Part shown: positions 38,901 to 53,900 of the stretch, piece by piece
How positions within the stretch are numbered: the stretch's first letter is position 1
How the letters are laid out: each line of letters opens with the position of its first letter
Assembly (NCBI RefSeq): GCF_964355755.1
Contig: NC_092679.1
Location: forward strand, 9,206,201-9,270,200
Reading direction: 5' to 3'
DNA from: Antedon mediterranea
Lineage: Eukaryota; Animalia; Echinodermata
Length of the DNA: 64,000 bases
The notes under the pieces: model-generated
Databases searched by the model: none
Told to the model about the DNA's origin: nothing
What the model saw: the letters and a program-made list of their open reading frames with translations, nothing else
Position numbers and translations under genes: made by a program

Positions 38901-41900
38901 TGGTCTAAAACGTCTGCAAATGCGATTTTAAACTATTCTTAGCACATTGGTGTTTTTATTTAAACAAATTTTTTCGAAACTCACAAAATGGTCTAAAACG
39001 TCTCCAAATGCGATTTGAAGCTATTTTAAGCACTTTGGTGTTTTTGTGTTAACAAGTTTTTCGAAATGCTCAAAATGGTCTAAAACGTTTTTAAACACGA
39101 TATTAAGCTATTTTGTGCTCTTTGGTGTTTTTTTGTGAAAAGTTTTAGCAAAATGCTCAAAATGGTCTAAAACGATTTCTAATGTGATTTTAAGCACTTT
39201 GATGTTTTTATGTTAACTAGTTTTTTCGAAAATCACAAAATGGTCTAAAACGTCTCCAAATGCGATTTGAAGCTATTTTAAGCACTTAGGTGCTTTTGTG
39301 TAACCAAGTTTTTTAGAAAATCACAAAAGGGTCTAAAATGTCTCCAAATGTGATTTGAAGCTATTTTAAGCACTTTGGTGTTTTTGTGTTAACAAGTTTT
39401 TCGGAAATCACAAAATTGTCTAAAACGTCTCCAAATGCGATTTGAAGCTATTCTGTACACTTTGATGTTTTTATGTTAACAAGTTTTTTAGAAAATCACA
39501 AAATGGTCTAAAACATCTCCAAATGCGATTTAAAGCTATTTTAAGCACTTTGGTGTTTTTATGTTAACAAGTTTTTTCGAAAATCACAAAATGGTCTAAA
39601 ACGTCTCCAAATGCGATTTGAAGCTATTTTAAGCACTTGGGTGTTTTTGTGTTAACAAGTTTTTCGAAATGCTCAAAATGGTCTAAAACGTTTCCAAATG
39701 CGATTTGAAGCTATTCTGTACACTTTGATGTTTTGTGTGAAAATTTTCTGTCGAAATGCTCAAAATGGTCAAAAACGTTTTTAAATACGATATTAAGCTA
39801 CTTTGTGCTCTTTGATGTTTTTGTGTGAAATGTTTTATCGAAATGCTCAAAATGGTCTAAAACGGTTTCTAATGTGATTTCAAGCACTTTGATGTTTTTG
39901 TGTAACCAAGTTTTTCGAAAATCACAAAATTGTCTAAAACGTCTCCAAATGCGATTTGAAGCTATTCTGTACTCTTTGATGTTTTTATGTTAACAAGTTT
40001 TTCGAAAATCACAAAATGGTCTAAAACGTCTCCAAATGCGATTTTAAGCTATTCTAAGCACTTTGGTGTTTTTATGTTAACAAGTTTTTTTGAAATCACA
40101 AAATGGTCTAAAACGTCTCTAAATGAGATTTGAAGCTTTTCTGTACATTTTGATGTTTTTATGTTAACAAGTTTTTTCGAAAATCACAAAATGGTCTAAA
40201 ATGTCTCCAAATGCGATTTGAAGCTATTCTAAGCACTTTGGTGTTTTTATGGAAACAATTTTTTTCGAAAATCACAAAATGGTCTAAAACGTCTCCAAAT
40301 GTGATTTGAAGCTATTCTGTACACTTTGATGTTTTTATGTTAACAAGTTTTTCGAAAATCACAAAATGGTCTAAAACGTCTCCAAATGCGATTTTAAGCT
40401 ATTCTAAGCACTTTGGTGTTTTTATGTTAACAAGTTTTTTTGAAAATCACAAAATGGTCTAAAACGTCTCTAAATGCGATTTGAAGCTATTTTAAGAACT
40501 TTGGTGTTTTTATCTTAACAAGTTTTTTCGAAAATCACAAAATGGTCTAAAACGTCTCCAAATGCGATTTGAAGCTATTCTAAGCACTTTTGTGTTTTTA
40601 TGTTAACAAGTTTTTTCGAAAATCACAATATGGTCTAAAACGTCTGCAAATGCGATTTGAAGCTATTCTAAGCACTTTGGTGTTTTTATGGAAACAATTT
40701 TTTTCGAAAATCACAAAATGGTCTAAAACGTCTCCAAATGTGATTTGAAGCTATTCTGTACACTTTGATGTTTTTATGTTAGCAAGTTTTTTCGAAAATC
40801 ACAAAATGGTCTAAAACGTCTACAAATGCGATTTGAAGCTAATCTGTACACTTTGATGTTTTTATGTTAACAAGTTTTTTCGAAAATCACAAAAGGGTCT
40901 AAAATGTCTGTAAATGCGATTTGAAGCTATTTAAAGCACTTTGGTGTTTTTAGATTAACAAGTTTTTTCGAAAATCACAAAATGGTCTAAAACGTCTACA
41001 AATGCGATTTGAAGCTATTCTAAGCACTTTTGTGTTTTTATGTTAACAAGTTTTTTCGAAAATCACAAAATGGTCTAAAACGTCTCCAAATGCGATTTGA
41101 AGCTATTTTAAGCACTTTGGTGTTTTTGTGTTAACAAGTTTTTCGAAAATCACAAAATGGTCTAAAACGTTTCCAAATGCGATTTGAAGCTATTCTGTAC
41201 ACTTTGATGTTTTGTGTGAAAATTTTCTTTCGAAATGCTCAAAATGGTCAAAAACGTTTTTAAATACGATATTAAGCTACTTTGTGCTCTTTGATGTTTT
41301 TGTGTGAAATGTTTTATCGAAATGCTCAAAATGGTCTAAAACGGTTTCTAATGTGATTTCAAGCACTTTGATGTTTTTGTGTAACCAAGTTTTTCGAAAA
41401 TCACAAAATTGTCTAAAACGTCTCCAAATGCGATTTGAAGCTATTCTGTACACTTTGATGTTTTTATGTTAACAAGTTTTTCGAAAATCACAAAATGGTC
41501 TAAAACGTCTCCAAATGCGATTTGAAGCTATTCTGTACACTTTGATGTTTTTATGTTAACAAGTTTTTCGAAAATCACAAAATGGTGTAAAACGTCTCTA
41601 AATGTGATTTGAAGCTTTTCTGTACACTTTAATGTTTTTATGTTAACAACTTTTTTCGAAAATCACAAAATGGTCTAAAATGTCTCCAAATGCGATTTGA
41701 AGCTATTCTAAGCACTTTGATGTTTTTATGTTAACAAGTTTTTTCGAAAATCACAAAATGGTCTAAAACGTCTCCAATAGCGATTTTAAGCTATTCTGTA
41801 CACTTTGATGTTTTTATGTTAACAAGTTTTTCGAAAATCACAAAATGGTCTAAAACGTCTCCAAATGCGATTTTAAGCTATTCTAAGCACTTTGGTGTTT

Positions 41901-44900
41901 TTATGTTAACAAGTTTTTTTGAAAATCACAAAATGGTCTAAAACGTCTCTAAATGCGATTTGAAGCTTTTCTGTACACTTTGATGTTTTTATGTTAACAA
42001 CTTTTTTCGAAAATCACAAAATGGTCTAAAATGTCTCCAAATGCGATTTGAAGCTATTCTAAGCACTTTGGTGTTTTTATGGAAACAATTTTTTTCGAAA
42101 ATCACAAAATGGTCTAAAACGTCTCCAATAGCGATTTGAAGCTTTTCTGTACACTTTGGTGTTTTTATGTTAACAAGTTTTTTCGAAAATCACAAAATGG
42201 TCTAAAACGTCTCCAAATGCGATTTGAAGCTAATCTGTACACTTTGATGTTTTTATGTTAACAAGTTTTTTCGAAAATCACAAAATGGTCTAAAACGTTT
42301 CCAAATGCGATTTGAAGCTTTTCTTTACACTTTGGTGTTTTTATGTTAACAAGTTTTTTCGAAAATCACAAAATGGTCTAAAACGTCTCCAAATGCGATT
42401 TGAAGCTATTCTGTACACTTTGATGTTTTTATGTTAACAAGTTTTTTCGAAGATCACAAAATGGTCTAAAACGTCTACAAATGCAATTTGAAGCTATTCT
42501 AAGCACTTTTGTGTTTTTATGTTAACAAGTTTTTTCGAAAATCACAAAATGGTCTAAAACGTCTGCAAATGCGATTTTAAACTATTCTTAGCACATGGGT
42601 GTTTTTATTTAAACAAATTTTTTCGAAACTCACAAAATGGTCTAAAACGTCTCCAAATGCGATTTGAAGCTATTTTAAGCACTTTGGTGTTTTTGTGTTA
42701 ACAAGTTTTTCGAAATGCTCAAAATGGTCTAAAACGTTTTTAAACACGATATTAAGCTATTTTGTGCTCTTTGGTGTTTTTTTGTGAAAAGTTTTAGCAA
42801 AATGCTCAAAATGGTCTAAAACGATTTCTAATGTGATTTTAAGCACTTTGATGTTTTTATGTTAACTAGTTTTTTCGAAAATCACAAAATGGTCTAAAAC
42901 GTCTCCAAATGCGATTTGAAGCTATTTTAAGCACTTAAGTGCTTTTGTGTAACCAAGTTATTTTGAAAATCACAAAAGGGTCTAAAATGTCTCCAAATGT
43001 GATTTGAAGCTATTTTAAGCACTTTGGTGTTTTTGTGTTAACAAGTTTTTCGGAAATCACCAAATTGTCTAAAACGTCTCCAAATGCGATTTGAAGCTAT
43101 TCTGTACACTTTGATGTTTTTATGTTAACAAGTTTTTTAGAAAATCACAAAATGGTCTAAAACATCTCCAAATGCGATTTAAAGCTATTTTAAGCACTTT
43201 GGTGTTTTTATGTTAACAAGTTTTTTCGAAAATCACAAAATGGTCTAAAACGTCTCCAAATGCGATTTGAAGCTATTTTAAGCACTTTGGTGTTTTTGTG
43301 TTAACAAGTTTTTCGAAATGCTCAAAATGGTCTAAAACGTTTCCAAATGCGATTTGAAGCTATTCTGTACACTTTGATGTTTTGTGTGAAAATTTTCTGT
43401 CGAAATGCTCAAAATGGTCAAAAACGTTTTTAAATACGATATTAAGCTACTTTGTGCTCTTTGATGTTTTTGTGTGAAATGTTTTATCGAAATGCTCAAA
43501 ATGGTCTAAAACGGTTTCTAATGTGATTTCAAGCACTTTGATGTTTTTGTGTAACCAAGTTTTTCGAAAATCACAAAATTGTCTAAAACGTCTCTAAATG
43601 CGATTTGAAGCTATTCTGTACTCTTTGATGTTTTTATGTTAACAAGTTTTTCGAAAATCACAAAATGGTCTAAAACGTCTCCAAATGCGATTTTAAGCTA
43701 TTCTAAGCACTTTGGTGTTTTTATGTTAACAAGTTTTTTTGAAATCACAAAATGGTCTAAAACGTCTCTAAATGAGATTTGAAGCTTTTCTGTACATTTT
43801 GATGTTTTTATGTTAACAAGTTTTTTCGAAAATCACAAAATGGTCTAAAATGTCTCCAAATGCGATTTGAAGCTATTCTAAGCACTTTGGTGTTTTTATG
43901 GAAACAATTTTTTTCGAAAATCACAAAATGGTCTAAAACGTCTCCAAATGTGATTTGAAGCTATTCTGTACACTTTGATGTTTTTATGTTAGCAAGTTTT
44001 TTCGAAAATCACAAAATGGTCTAAAACGTCTACAAATGCGATTTGAAGCTAATCTGTACACTTTGATGTTTTTATGTTAACAAGTTTTTTCGAAAATCAC
44101 AAAAGGGTCTAAAATGTCTGTAAATGCTATTTGAAGCTATTTAAAGCACTTTGGTGTTTTTAGGTTAACAAGTTTTTTCGAAAATCACAAAAGGGTCTAA
44201 AATGTCTGTAAATGCGATTTGAAGCTATTTAAAGCACTTTGGTGTTTTTAGGTTAACAAGTTTTTTCGAAAATCACAAAATGGTCTAAAACGTCTACAAA
44301 TGCGATTTGAAGCTATTCTAAGCACTTTTGTGTTTTTATGTTAACAAGTTTTTTCGAAAATCACAAAATGGTCTAAAATGTCTCCAAATGCGATTTGAAG
44401 CTATTCTAAGCACTTTGGTGTTTTTATGGAAACAATTTTTTTCGAAAATCACAAAATGGTCTAAAACGTCTCCAAATGTGATTTGAAGCTATTCTGTACA
44501 CTTTGATGTTTTTATGTTAGCAAGTTTTTTCGAAAATCACAAAATGGTCTAAAACGTCTACAAATGCGATTTGAAGCTAATCTGTACACTTTGATGTTTT
44601 TATGTTAACAAGTTTTTTCGAAAATCACAAAAGGGTCTAAAATGTCTGTAAATGCGATTTGAAGCTATTTAAAGCACTTTGGTGTTTTTAGATTAACAAG
44701 TTTTTTCGAAAATCACAAAATGGTCTAAAACGTCTACAAATGCGATTTGAAGCTATTCTAAGCACTTTTGTGTTTTTATGTTAACAAGTTTTTTCGAAAA
44801 TCACAAAATGGTCTAAAACGTCTCCAAATGCGATTTGAAGCTATTTTAAGCACTTTGGTGTTTTTGTGTTAACAAGTTTTTCGAAAATCACAAAATGGTC

Positions 44901-47900
44901 TAAAACGTTTCCAAATGCGATTTGAAGCTATTCTGTACACTTTGATGTTTTGTGTGAAAATTTTCTTTCGAAATGCTCAAAATGGTCAAAAACGTTTTTA
45001 AATACGATATTAAGCTACTTTGTGCTCTTTGATGTTTTTGTGTGAAATGTTTTATCGAAATGCTCAAAATGGTCTAAAACGGTTTCTAATGTGATTTCAA
45101 GCACTTTGATGTTTTTGTGTAACCAAGTTTTTCGAAAATCACAAAATTGTCTAAAACGTCTCCAAATGCGATTTGAAGCTATTCTGTACACTTTGATGTT
45201 TTTATGTTAACAAGTTTTTCGAAAATCACAAAATGGTCTAAAACGTCTCCAAATGCGATTTGAAGCTATTCTGTACACTTTGATGTTTTTATGTTAACAA
45301 GTTTTTCGAAAATCACAAAATGGTCTAAAACGTCTCTAAATGCGATTTGAAGCTTTTCTGTACACTTTAATGTTTTTATGTTAACTTTTTTCGAAAATCA
45401 CAAAATGGTCTAAATTTTCTCCAAATGCGATTTGAAGCTATTCTAAGCACTTTGATGTTTTTATGTTAACAAGTTTTTTCGAAAATCACAAAATGGTCTA
45501 AAACGTCTCCAATAGCGATTTTAAGCTATTCTGTACACTTTGATGTTTTTATGTTAACAAGTTTTTCGAAAATCACAAAATGGTCTAAAACGTCTCCAAA
45601 TGCGATTTTAAGCTATTCTAAGCACTTTGGTGTTTTTATGTTAACAAGTTTTTTTGAAAATCACAAAATGGTCTAAAACGTCTCTAAATGCGATTTGAAG
45701 CTTTTCTGTACACTTTGATGTTTTTATGTTAACAACTTTTTTCGAAAATCACAAAATGGTCTAAAATGTCTCCAAATGCGATTTGAAGCTATTCTAAGCA
45801 CTTTGGTGTTTTTATGGAAACAATTTTTTTCGAAAATCACAAAATGGTCTAAAACGTCTCCAATAGCGATTTGAAGCTTTTCTGTACACTTTGGTGTTTT
45901 TATGTTAACAAGTTTTTTCGAAAATCACAAAATGGTCTAAAACGTCTCCAAATGCGATTTGAAGCTAATCTGTACACTTTGATGTTTTTATGTTAATAAG
46001 TTTTTTCGAAAATCACAAAATGGTCTAAAACGTTTCAAAATGCGATTTGAAGCTTTTCTTTACACTTTGGTGTTTTTATGTTAACAAGTTTTTTCGAAAA
46101 TCACAAAATGGTCTAAAACGTCTCCAAATGCGATTTGAAGCTATTCTGTACACTTTGATGTTTTTATGTTAACAAGTTTTTTCGAAGATCACAAAATGGT
46201 CTAAAACGTCTACAAATGCAATTTGAAGCTATTCTAAACACTTTTGTGTTTTTATGTTAACAAGTTTTTTTCGAAAATCACAAAATGGTCTAAAACGTCT
46301 GCAAATGCGATTTTAAACTATTCTTAGCACATTGGTGTTTTTATTTAAACAAATTTTTTCGAAACTCACAAAATGGTCTAAAACGTCTCCAAATGCGATT
46401 TGAAGCTATTTTAAGCACTTTGGTGTTTTTGTGTTAACAAGTTTTTCGAAATGCTCAAAATGGTCTAAAACGTTTTTAAACACGATATTAAGCTATTTTG
46501 TGCTCTTTGATGTTTTTTTGTGAAAAGTTTTAGCAAAATGCTCAAAATGGTCTAAAACGATTTCTAATGTGATTTTAAGCACTTTGATGTTTTTATGTTA
46601 ACTAGTTTTTTCGAAAATCACCAAATGGTCTAAAACGTCTCCAAATGCGATTTGAAGCTATTTTAAGCACTTAGGTGCTTTTGTGTAACCAAGTTTTTTT
46701 GAAAATCACAAAAGGGTCTAAAATGTCTCCAAATGTGATTTGAAGCTATTTTAAGCACTTTGGTGTTTTTGTGTTAACAAGTTTTTCGGAAATCACAAAA
46801 TTGTCTAAAACGTCTCCAAATGCGATTTGAAGCTATTCTGTACACTTTGATGTTTTTATGTTAACAAGTTTTTTAGAAAATCACAAAATGGTCTAAAACA
46901 TCTCCAAATGCGATTTAAAGCTATTTTAAGCACTTTGGTGTTTTTATGTTAACAAGTTTTTTCGAAAATCACAAAATGGTCTAAAACGTCTCCAAATGCG
47001 ATTTGAAGCTATTTTAAGCACTTTGGTGTTTTTGTGTTAACAAGTTTTTCGAAATGCTCAAAATGGTCTAAAACGTTTCCAAATGCGATTTGAAGCTATT
47101 CGGTACACTTTGATGTTTTGTGTGAAAATTTTCTGTCGAAATGCTCAAAATGGCCAAAAACGTTTTTAAATACGATATTAAGCTACTTTGTGCTCTTTGA
47201 TGTTTTTGTGTGAAATGTTTTATCGAAATGCTCAAAATGGTCTAAAACGGTTTCTAATGTGATTTCAAGCACTTTGATGTTTTTGTGTAACTAAGTTTTT
47301 CGAAAATCACAAAATTGTCTAAAACGTCTCCAAATGCGATTTGAAGCTATTCTGTACTCTTTGATTTTTTTATTTTAACAAGTTTTTCGAAAATCACAAA
47401 ATGGTCTAAAACGTCTCCAAATGCGATTTTAAGCTATTCTAAGCACTTTGGTGTTTTTATGTTAACAAGTTTTTTTGAAAATCACAAAATGGTCTAAAAC
47501 GTCTCTAAATGAGATTTGAAGCTTTTCTGTACACTTTGATGTTTTTATGTTAACAAGTTTTTTCGAAAATCACAAAATGGTCTAAAATGTCTCCAAATGC
47601 GATTTGAAGCTATTCTAAGCACTTTGGTGTTTTTATGGAAACAATTTTTTTCGAAAATCACAAAATGGTCTAAAACGTCTCCAAATGTGATTTGAAGCTA
47701 TTCTGTACACTTTGATGTTTTTATGTTAACAAGTTTTTTCGAAAATCACAAAATGGTCTAAAACGTCTACAAATGCGATTTGAAGCTATACTGTACACTT
47801 TGATGCTTTTATGTTAACAAGTTTTTTCGAAAATCACAAAATGGTCTAAAACGTTTCCAAATGCGATTTGAAGCTATTCTGTACACTTTGATGTTTTGTG

Positions 47901-50900
47901 TGAAAATTTTCTGTCGAAATGCTCAAAATGGTCAAAAACGTTTTTAAATACGATATTAAGCTACTTTGTGCTCTTTGATGTTTTTGTGTGAAATGTTTTA
48001 TCGAAATGCTCAAAATGGTCTAAAACGGTTTCTAATGTGATTTCAAGCACTTTGATGTTTTTGTGTAACCAAGTTTTTCGAAAATCACAAAATGGTCTAA
48101 AACGTCTCCAAATGCGATTTGAAGCTATTCTGTACACTTTGATGTTTTTATGTTAACAAGTTTTTCGAAAATCACAAAATGGTCTAAAACGTCTCCAAAT
48201 GCGATTTGAAGCTATTCTGTACACTTTGATGTTTTTATGTTAACAAGTTTTTCGAAAATCACAAAATGGTCTAAAACGTCTCTAAATGCGATTTGAAGCT
48301 TTTCTGTACACTTTGATGTTTTTATGTTAACAACTTTTTTCGAAAATCACAAAATGGTCTAAAATGTCTCCAAATGCGATTTGAAGCTATTCTAAGCACT
48401 TTGGTGTTTTTATGTTAACAAGTTTTTTCGAAAATCACAAAATGGTCTAAAACGTCTCCAAATGCGATTTGAAGCTATTCTGTACACTTTGATGTTTTTA
48501 TGTTAACAAGTTTTTTCGAAAATCACAAAATGGTCTAAAACGTCTACAAATGCGATTTGAAGCTATTCTGTACACTTTGATGTTTTTATGTTAACAAGTT
48601 TTTTCGAAAATCACAAAATGGTCTAAAACGTTTCCAAATGCGATTTGAAGCTATTCTGTACACTTTGATGTTTTGTGTGAAAATTTTCTTTCGAAATGCT
48701 CAAAATGGTCAAAAACGTTTTTAAATACGATATTAAGCTACTTTGTGCTCTTTGATGTTTTTGTGTGAAATGTTTTATCGAAATGCTCAAAATGGTCTAA
48801 AACGGTTTCTAATGTGATTTCAAGCACTTTGATGTTTTTGTGTAACCAAGTTTTTCGAAAATCACAAAATTGTCTAAAACGTCTCCAAATGCGATTTGAA
48901 GCTATTCTGTACACTTTGATGTTTTTATGTTAACAAGTTTTTCGAAAATCACAAAATGGTCTAAAACGTCTCCAAATGCGATTTTAAGCTATTCTAAGCA
49001 CTTTGGTGTTTTTATGTTAACAAGTTCTTTTGAAAATCACAAAATGGTCTAAAACGTCTCTAAATGCGATTTGAAGCTATTCTGTACACTTTGATGTTTT
49101 TATGTTAACAAGTTTTTTCGAAAATCACAAAATGGTCTAAAACGTCTACAAATGCGATTTGAAGCTATTCTAAGCACTTTGGTGTTTTTATGGAAACAAT
49201 TTTTTTCGAAAATCACAAAATGGTCTAAAACGTTTCCAAATGCGATTTGAAGCTATTCTGTACACTTTGATGTTTTGTGTGAAAATTTTCTGTCGAAATG
49301 CTCAAAATGGTCAAAAACGTTTTTAAATACGATATTAAGCTACTTTGTGCTCTTTGATGTTTTTGTGTGAAATGTTTTATCGAAATGCTCAAAATGGTCT
49401 AAAACGGTTTCTAATGTGATTTCAAGCACTTTGATGTTTTTGTGTAACCAAGTTTTTTGAAAATCACAAAATTGTCTAAAACGTCTCCAAATGCGATTTG
49501 AAGCTATTCTGTACACTTTGATGTTTTTATGTTAACAAGTTTTTCGAAAATCACAAAATGGTCTAAAACGTGTCTCCAAATGCGATTTTAAGCTATTCTA
49601 AGCACTTTGGTGTTTTTATGTTAACAAGTTTTTTTGAAAATCACAAAATGGTCTAAAACGTCTCTAAATGCGATTTGAAGCTTTTCTGTACACTTTGATG
49701 TTTTTATGTTAACAACTTTTTTCGAAAATCACAAAATGGTCTAAAATGTCTCCAAATGCGATTTGAAGCTATTCTAAGCACTTTGGTGTTTTTATGTTAA
49801 CAAGTTTTTTCGAAAATCACAAAATGGTCTAAAACGTCTCCAAATGCGATTTGAAGCTATTCTGTACACTTTGATGTTTTTATGTTAACAAGTTTTTTCG
49901 AAAATCACAAAATGGTCTAAAACGTCTACAAATGCGATTTGAAGCTATTCTGTACACTTTGATGTTTTTATGTTAACAAGTTTTTTCGAAAATCACAAAA
50001 TGGTCTAAAACGTTTCCAAATGCGATTTGAAGCTATTCTGTACACTTTGATGTTTTGTGTGAAAATTTTCTTTCGAAATGCTCAAAATGGTCAAAAACGT
50101 TTTTAAATACGATATTAAGCTACTTTGTGCTCTTTGATGTTTTTGTGTGAAATGTTTTATCGAAATGCTCAAAATGGTCTAAAACGGTTTCTAATGTGAT
50201 TTCAAGCACTTTGATGTTTTTGTGTAACCAAGTTTTTCGAAAATCACAAAATTGTCTAAAACGTCTCCAAATGCGATTTGAAGCTATTCTGTACACTTTG
50301 ATGTTTTTATGTTAACAAGTTTTTCGAAAATCACAAAATGGTCTAAAACGTCTCCAAATGCGATTTGAAGCTATTCTGTACACTTTGATGTTTTTATGTT
50401 AACAAGTTTTTCGAAAATCACAAAATGGTCTAAAACGTCTCTAAATGCGATTTGAAGCTTTTCTGTACACTTTGATGTTTTTATGTTAACAACTTTTTTC
50501 GAAAATCAATAAATGGTCTAAAATGTCTCCAAATGCGATTTGAAGCTATTCTAAGCACTTTGATGTTTTTATGTTACCAAGTTTTTTCGAAAATCACAAA
50601 ATGGTCTAAAATGTCTCCAATAGCGATTTTAAGCTATTCTGTACACTTTGATGTTTTTATGTTAACAAGTTTTTCGAAAATCACAAAATGGTCTAAAACG
50701 TCTCCAAATGCGATTTTAAGTTATTCTAAGCACTTTGGTGTTTTTATGTTAACAAGTTTTTTTGAAAATCACAAAATGGTCTAAAACGTCTCTAAATGCG
50801 ATTTGAAGCTTTTCTGTACACTTTGATGTTTTTATGTTAACAACTTTTTTCGAAAATCACAAAATGGTCTAAAATGTCTCCAAATGCGATTTGAAGCTAT

Positions 50901-53900
50901 TCTAAGCACTTTGGTGTTTTTATGGAAACAATTTTTTTCGAAAATCACAAAATGGTCTAAAACGTCTCCAATAGCGATTTGAAGCTTTTCTGTACACTTT
51001 GGTGTTTTTATGTTAACAAGTTTTTTCGAAAATCACAAAATGGTCTAAAACGTCTCCAAATGCGATTTGAAGCTAATCTGTACACTTTGATGTTTTTATG
51101 TTAACAAGTTTTTTCGAAAATCACAAAATGGTCTAAAACGTTTCCAAATGCGATTTGAAGCTTTTCTTTACACTTTGGTGTTTTTATGTTAACAAGTTTT
51201 TTCGAAAATCACAAAATGGTCTAAAACGTCTCCAAATGCGATTTGAAGCTATTCTGTACACTTTGATGTTTTTATGTTAACAAGTTTTTTCGAAGATCAC
51301 AAAATGGTCTAAAACGTCTACAAATGCAATTTGAAGCTATTCTAAGCACTTTTGTGTTTTTATGTTAACAAGTTTTTTCGAAAATCACAAAATGGTCTAA
51401 AACGTCTGCAAATGCGATTTTAAACTATTCTTAGTACATTGGTGTTTTTATTTAAACAAATTTTTTCGAAACTCACAAAATGGTCTAAAACGTCTCCAAA
51501 TGCGATTTGAAGCTATTTTAAGCACTTTGATGTTTTTGTGTAACCAAGTTTTTCGAAAATCACAAAATTGTCTAAAACGTCTCCAAATGCGATTTGAAGC
51601 TATTTTGTGCTCTTTGGTGTTTTTTTGTGAAAAGTTTTAGCAAAATGCTCAAAATGGTCTAAAACGATTTCTAATGTGATTTTAAGCACTTTGATGTTTT
51701 TATGTTAACTAGTTTTTTCGAAAATCACAAAATGGTCTAAAACGTCTCCAAATGCGATTTGAAGCTATTTTAAGCACTTAGGTGCTTTTGTGTAACCAAG
51801 TTTTTTAGAAAATCACAAAAGGGTCTAAAATGTCTCCAAATGTGATTTGAAGCTATTTTAAGCACTTTGGTGTTTTTGTGTTAACAAGTTTTTCGGAAAT
51901 CACAAAATTGTCTAAAACGTCTCCAAATGCGATTTGAAGCTATTTTGTACACTTTGATGTTTTTATGTTAACAAGTTTTTTAGAAAATCACAAAATGGTC
52001 TAAAACATCTCCAAATGCGATTTAAAGCTATTTTAAGCACTTTGGTGTTTTTATGTTAACAAGTTTTTTCGAAAATCACAAAATGGTCTAAAACGTCTCC
52101 AAATGCGATTTGAAGCTATTTTAAGCACTTGGGTGTTTTTGTGTTAACAAGTTTTTCGAAATGCTCAAAATGGTCTAAAACGTTTCCAAATGCGATTTGA
52201 AGCTATTCTGTACACTTTGATGTTTTGTGTGAAAATTTTCTGTCGAAATGCTCAAAATGGTCAAAAACGTTTTTAAATACGATATTAAGCTACTTTGTGC
52301 TCTTTGATGTTTTTGTGTGAAATGTTTTATCGAAATGCTCAAAATGGTCTAAAACGGTTTCTAATGTGATTTCAAGCACTTTGATGTTTTTGTGTAACCA
52401 AGTTTTTCGAAAATCACAAAATTGTCTAAAACGTCTCCAAATGCGATTTGAAGCTATTCTGTACTCTTTGATGTTTTTATGTTAACAAGTTTTTCGAAAA
52501 TCACAAAATGGTCTAAAACGTCTCCAAATGCGATTTTAAGCTATTCTAAGCACTTTGGTGTTTTTATGTTAACAAGTTTTTTTGAAATCACAAAATGGTC
52601 TAAAACGTCTCTAAATGAGATTTGAAGCTTTTCTGTACATTTTGATGTTTTTATGTTAACAAGTTTTTTCGAAAATCACAAAATGGTCTAAAATGTCTCC
52701 AAATGCGATTTGAAGCTATTCTAAGCACTTTGGTGTTTTTATGGAAACAATTTTTTTCGAAAATCACAAAATGGTCTAAAACGTCTCCAAATGTGATTTG
52801 AAGCTATTCTGTACACTTTGATGTTTTTATGTTAGCAAGTTTTTTCGAAAATCACAAAATGGTCTAAAACGTCTACAAATGCGATTTGAAGCTAATCTGT
52901 ACACTTTGATGTTTTTATGTTAACAAGTTTTTTCGAAAATCACAAAAGGGTCTAAAATGTCTGTAAATGCGATTTGAAGCTATTTAAAGCACTTTGGTGT
53001 TTTTATGTTAACAAGTTTTTTCGAAAATCACAAAATGGTCTAAAATGTCTCCAAATGCGATTTGAAGCTATTCTAAGCACTTTGGTGTTTTTATGGAAAC
53101 AATTTTTTTCGAAAATCACAAAATGGTCTAAAACGTCTCCAAATGTGATTTGAAGCTATTCTGTACACTTTGATGTTTTTATGTTAGCAAGTTTTTTCGA
53201 AAATCACAAAATGGTCTAAAACGTCTACAAATGCGATTTGAAGCTAATCTGTACACTTTGATGTTTTTATGTTAACAAGTTTTTTCGAAAATCACAAAAG
53301 GGTCTAAAATGTCTGTAAATGCGATTTGAAGCTATTTAAAGCACTTTGGTGTTTTTAGATTAACAAGTTTTTTCGAAAATCACAAAATGGTCTAAAACGT
53401 CTACAAATGCGATTTGAAGCTATTCTAAGCACTTTTGTGTTTTTATGTTAACAAGTTTTTTCGAAAATCACAAAATGGTCTAAAACGTCTCCAAATGCGA
53501 TTTGAAGCTATTTTAAGCACTTTGGTGTTTTTATGTTACCAAGTTTTTTCGAAAATCACAAAATGGTCTAAAATGTCTCTAATAGCGATTTTAAGCTATT
53601 CTGTACACTTTGATGTTTTTATGTTAACAAGTTTTTCGAAAATCACAAAATGGTCTAAAACGTCTCCAAATGCGATTTTAAGCTATTCTAAGCACTTTGG
53701 TGTTTTTATGTTAACAAGTTTTTTTGAAAATCACAAAATGGTCTAAAACGTCTCTAAATGCGATTTGAAGCTTTTCTGTACACTTTGATGTTTTTATGTT
53801 AACAACTTTTTTCGAAAATCACAAAATGGTCTAAAATGTCTCCAAATGCGATTTGAAGCTATTCTAAGCACTTTGGTGTTTTTATGGAAACAATTTTTTT